Assembly: GCA_020633235.1 (NCBI GenBank)
Contig: JACKEA010000011.1
Coordinates: forward strand, 7,979-71,978
Origin: Polyangiaceae bacterium
GTDB taxonomy: Bacteria > Myxococcota_A > Polyangia > Polyangiales > Polyangiaceae
Length of the DNA: 64,000 nucleotides
Direction of reading: 5' to 3'
Every line of letters begins with the position of its first letter. Position 1 is the first letter of the stretch. The notes beneath the pieces were generated by a model. It did not search any database and was not told where the DNA came from. It saw nothing but the letters and a program-made list of their open reading frames with translations. The translations under genes were made by a program, and so were the position numbers. Shown piece after piece: positions 62,553-64,000 of the stretch.

Positions 62553-62872
62553 GTAACACTACGGCGTAGAGCCGAATGCGGCTCCCATGCGTGACCTTGC
62601 TCTGGTTCGTTCGCGCGGGATTCCACGCGCCCACGCGCTTGTCCGATGGGCCTATGGCCACGCCTGCCTCACGACAAGCGGCACGCCGAGTGCGGCCACA
62701 AGGTGGGGCCGCGGGTCATCTCCTTCTCGCTTTGGTGGCGGGGCGAGCGCACACAAGCCTACCGCAAGAGTTCGCGGCGGCGCTGGTGGAAGATCTTGAA
62801 GCGGAGGTCCGCTGCAGGGATGGAAACCGAGGACGCTTCCGTCATGGCGAGCGGATCAAGGCGACCAGTGGC

Positions 62873-63290
62873 TTAGAGTCGCGCAAGGCTGGTTGCTGGC
62901 ATCAGCATCGCTGCAGCGAACCCATTCGCTGCCACTCGGTGTCGAGGTACGGCTTGTGCCCATCAACGACGCCACGATCCAACCCCGTTGAATCGACGTG
63001 CGCCAGGCGTCGGTCGACCAGTTCCTCCGGATGGATGTTGGCATGTCCAATCTCGTGGCCGAGAGTGAAGAGTGCACGCCCCGCGCCGGCGCAAAGCTCG
63101 TAGTAGGTGTCCTCGCTGAGGGCTCCCACGATGGCTCCATCGTCGTCCGCGTACCGCGCTTGCGCCTCGAGCCCGAGGGGCAAGTCGACGCCGTACTGCA
63201 GCGGCACGGTCCTGCCCTGGACCGTTACTTCGTAGTCGTCTAGACGCTCGAAAAGCTCCGGCCAGGTAGGTGGTCCAGTAACCAGGGCTA
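62873..63290 (-). pseudogene. ImmA/IrrE-family (COG2856) metallopeptidase, frameshifted and probably truncated
   Basis: The HExxH motif is FTLGHEIGHANIH. The family motif EWQANxFAAxLLMP is split between two frames at about 62929 (TEWQ | ANGFAAAMLMP). The 5' end collides with another gene fragment on the opposite strand. Confidence 0.55.
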
Positions 63291-63294
63291 GAGC

Positions 63295-63704
63295 GTGGTC
63301 ACTGATGCGATTCTGACCTTTCAGGAAATCTCCTCGGCGCTCTATGAGGACTCGAAGGCGGGTGCTTTCGCGATCACGCCGACGCAGAACGGCCCTGAGT
63401 TCGAGATCATGATCCACGGCTCGAAGAGCAAGGGAGTGACCAACATGCAAATCTTCTGCTTCGACATGATGCTGTTGAGCCTAACGCACGGTCGAAGCCC
63501 GGGTTTCGTGATCCACGATAGCCATATCTCCGATGGTGTCGATGAACGTCAAATCGGGAAGCCTTGGCGATCGGTGCGGAGCTGGCCCCCGAACACTCAT
63601 GCCATCCGCGCGGACGTCGATGCAGTACTCACATCTACGAGCGCGCGATCCCCGTTCGGCTGACCGATGCGACGGAGGATGGTGGCCTCTTTGGCTTCCG
63701 TTCG
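63295..63704 (+). pseudogene. 3' fragment of a DUF2326-like (ABC/SMC-type ATPase, ABC-3C-like) gene with frameshifts
   Basis: ...MQIFCFDMMLLSL...GFVIHDSHISDGVDERQ continues in another frame as REALAIGAELAPEH ... LTDATEDGGLFGFR. The whole N-terminal ATPase part is missing. The family assignment is from memory. Confidence 0.4.
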
Positions 63705-63705
63705 A

Positions 63706-64000
63706 CTAGGCGAACAGGTTCCGAGCCCGGTCGTAGGACGTAACCGCGTTCAAGCCGAGTCCCTCTCCGGCCACAGTCCTTAACAGGCGGATCTCTTCTC
63801 GATACGGTGCTTCCTCCGCCCTGCCCTGGATGATCGAGCCCAATCGGCGGGTACACATTCCGGCAACCAGGTCTGCGACCTGGATTCCTGCTGCCTCATG
63901 CGAGGTGGCGAACGAGAGCGAGACCTTTCCGGTGCCGAAATCCCAATTCACAAGAGCCTGGGCGACTGACGTACTCAACAGATTCGCGTTCGCGTTCGAC
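63706..64000 (-). CDS. DUF3800-like protein, partial (5' end beyond window)
   Basis: The reading frame is open to the window edge. SHEAAGIQVADLVAG resembles the conserved (L/I)QxAD motif of DUF3800. Confidence 0.4.
   Translation of the reverse strand, partial: SNANANLLSTSVAQALVNWDFGTGKVSLSFATSHEAAGIQVADLVAGMCTRRLGSIIQGRAEEAPYREEIRLLRTVAGEGLGLNAVTSYDRARNLFA

Noticed and set aside
62725-62790. tRNA-like 3' end on the minus strand (TGGTGGCGGGGCGAG...)
   Set aside because: There is no T-arm (GGTTCGAATCC-like) or complementary acceptor stem in the adjacent sequence, so no cloverleaf could be drawn.

Overview
This is a high-GC window, about 70% in most genes by hand counts on sample lines. It looks like myxobacterial chromosome: two Hanks-type Ser/Thr kinases, an FHA/AAA+ enhancer-binding-type regulator, a TIGR02266-type PilZ protein, an MXAN_5187-like protein, and many lipobox lipoproteins with Gly- or Pro/Gln-rich linkers. 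I call about 55 protein-coding genes or gene remnants. Recognisable housekeeping genes are ftsE-ftsX with an EnvC-like M23 peptidase, lgt, coaX, pcnB, tatA, an RluA-type pseudouridine synthase and a formyltransferase. I found no rRNA, tRNA, CRISPR array, intact transposase or integrase. Many long antisense or off-frame ORFs in the track are high-GC artefacts, and several track ORFs are fusions where only the 3' part is real. The most interesting locus is 34236-41890: a tightly packed operon of two giant proteins I cannot place in any family. One is a 1154-aa protein with a near-consensus twin-arginine signal plus lipobox, the other a 1316-aa protein with no signal. A tatA gene follows directly. 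The operon sits in visibly lower-GC DNA, next to a divergent S8/FG-GAP protease, downstream of a sigma-54-like -24/-12 element and a 22-bp perfect palindrome. Other notable observations: (1) a dispersed 19-bp intergenic motif (TTCCGCGGCGGACCGACAT), often in inverted pairs; (2) an apparent frameshift inside a repeat-rich MXAN_5187-like gene; (3) a small protein with a T3SS-needle-like C-terminus but no T3SS genes nearby; (4) a patch of decayed defence or mobile-type gene fragments at the 3' edge (ImmA/IrrE-like, DUF2326-like, DUF3800-like, an orphan sigma region-4 piece). All family assignments come from motif recognition by eye, and no searches were run.
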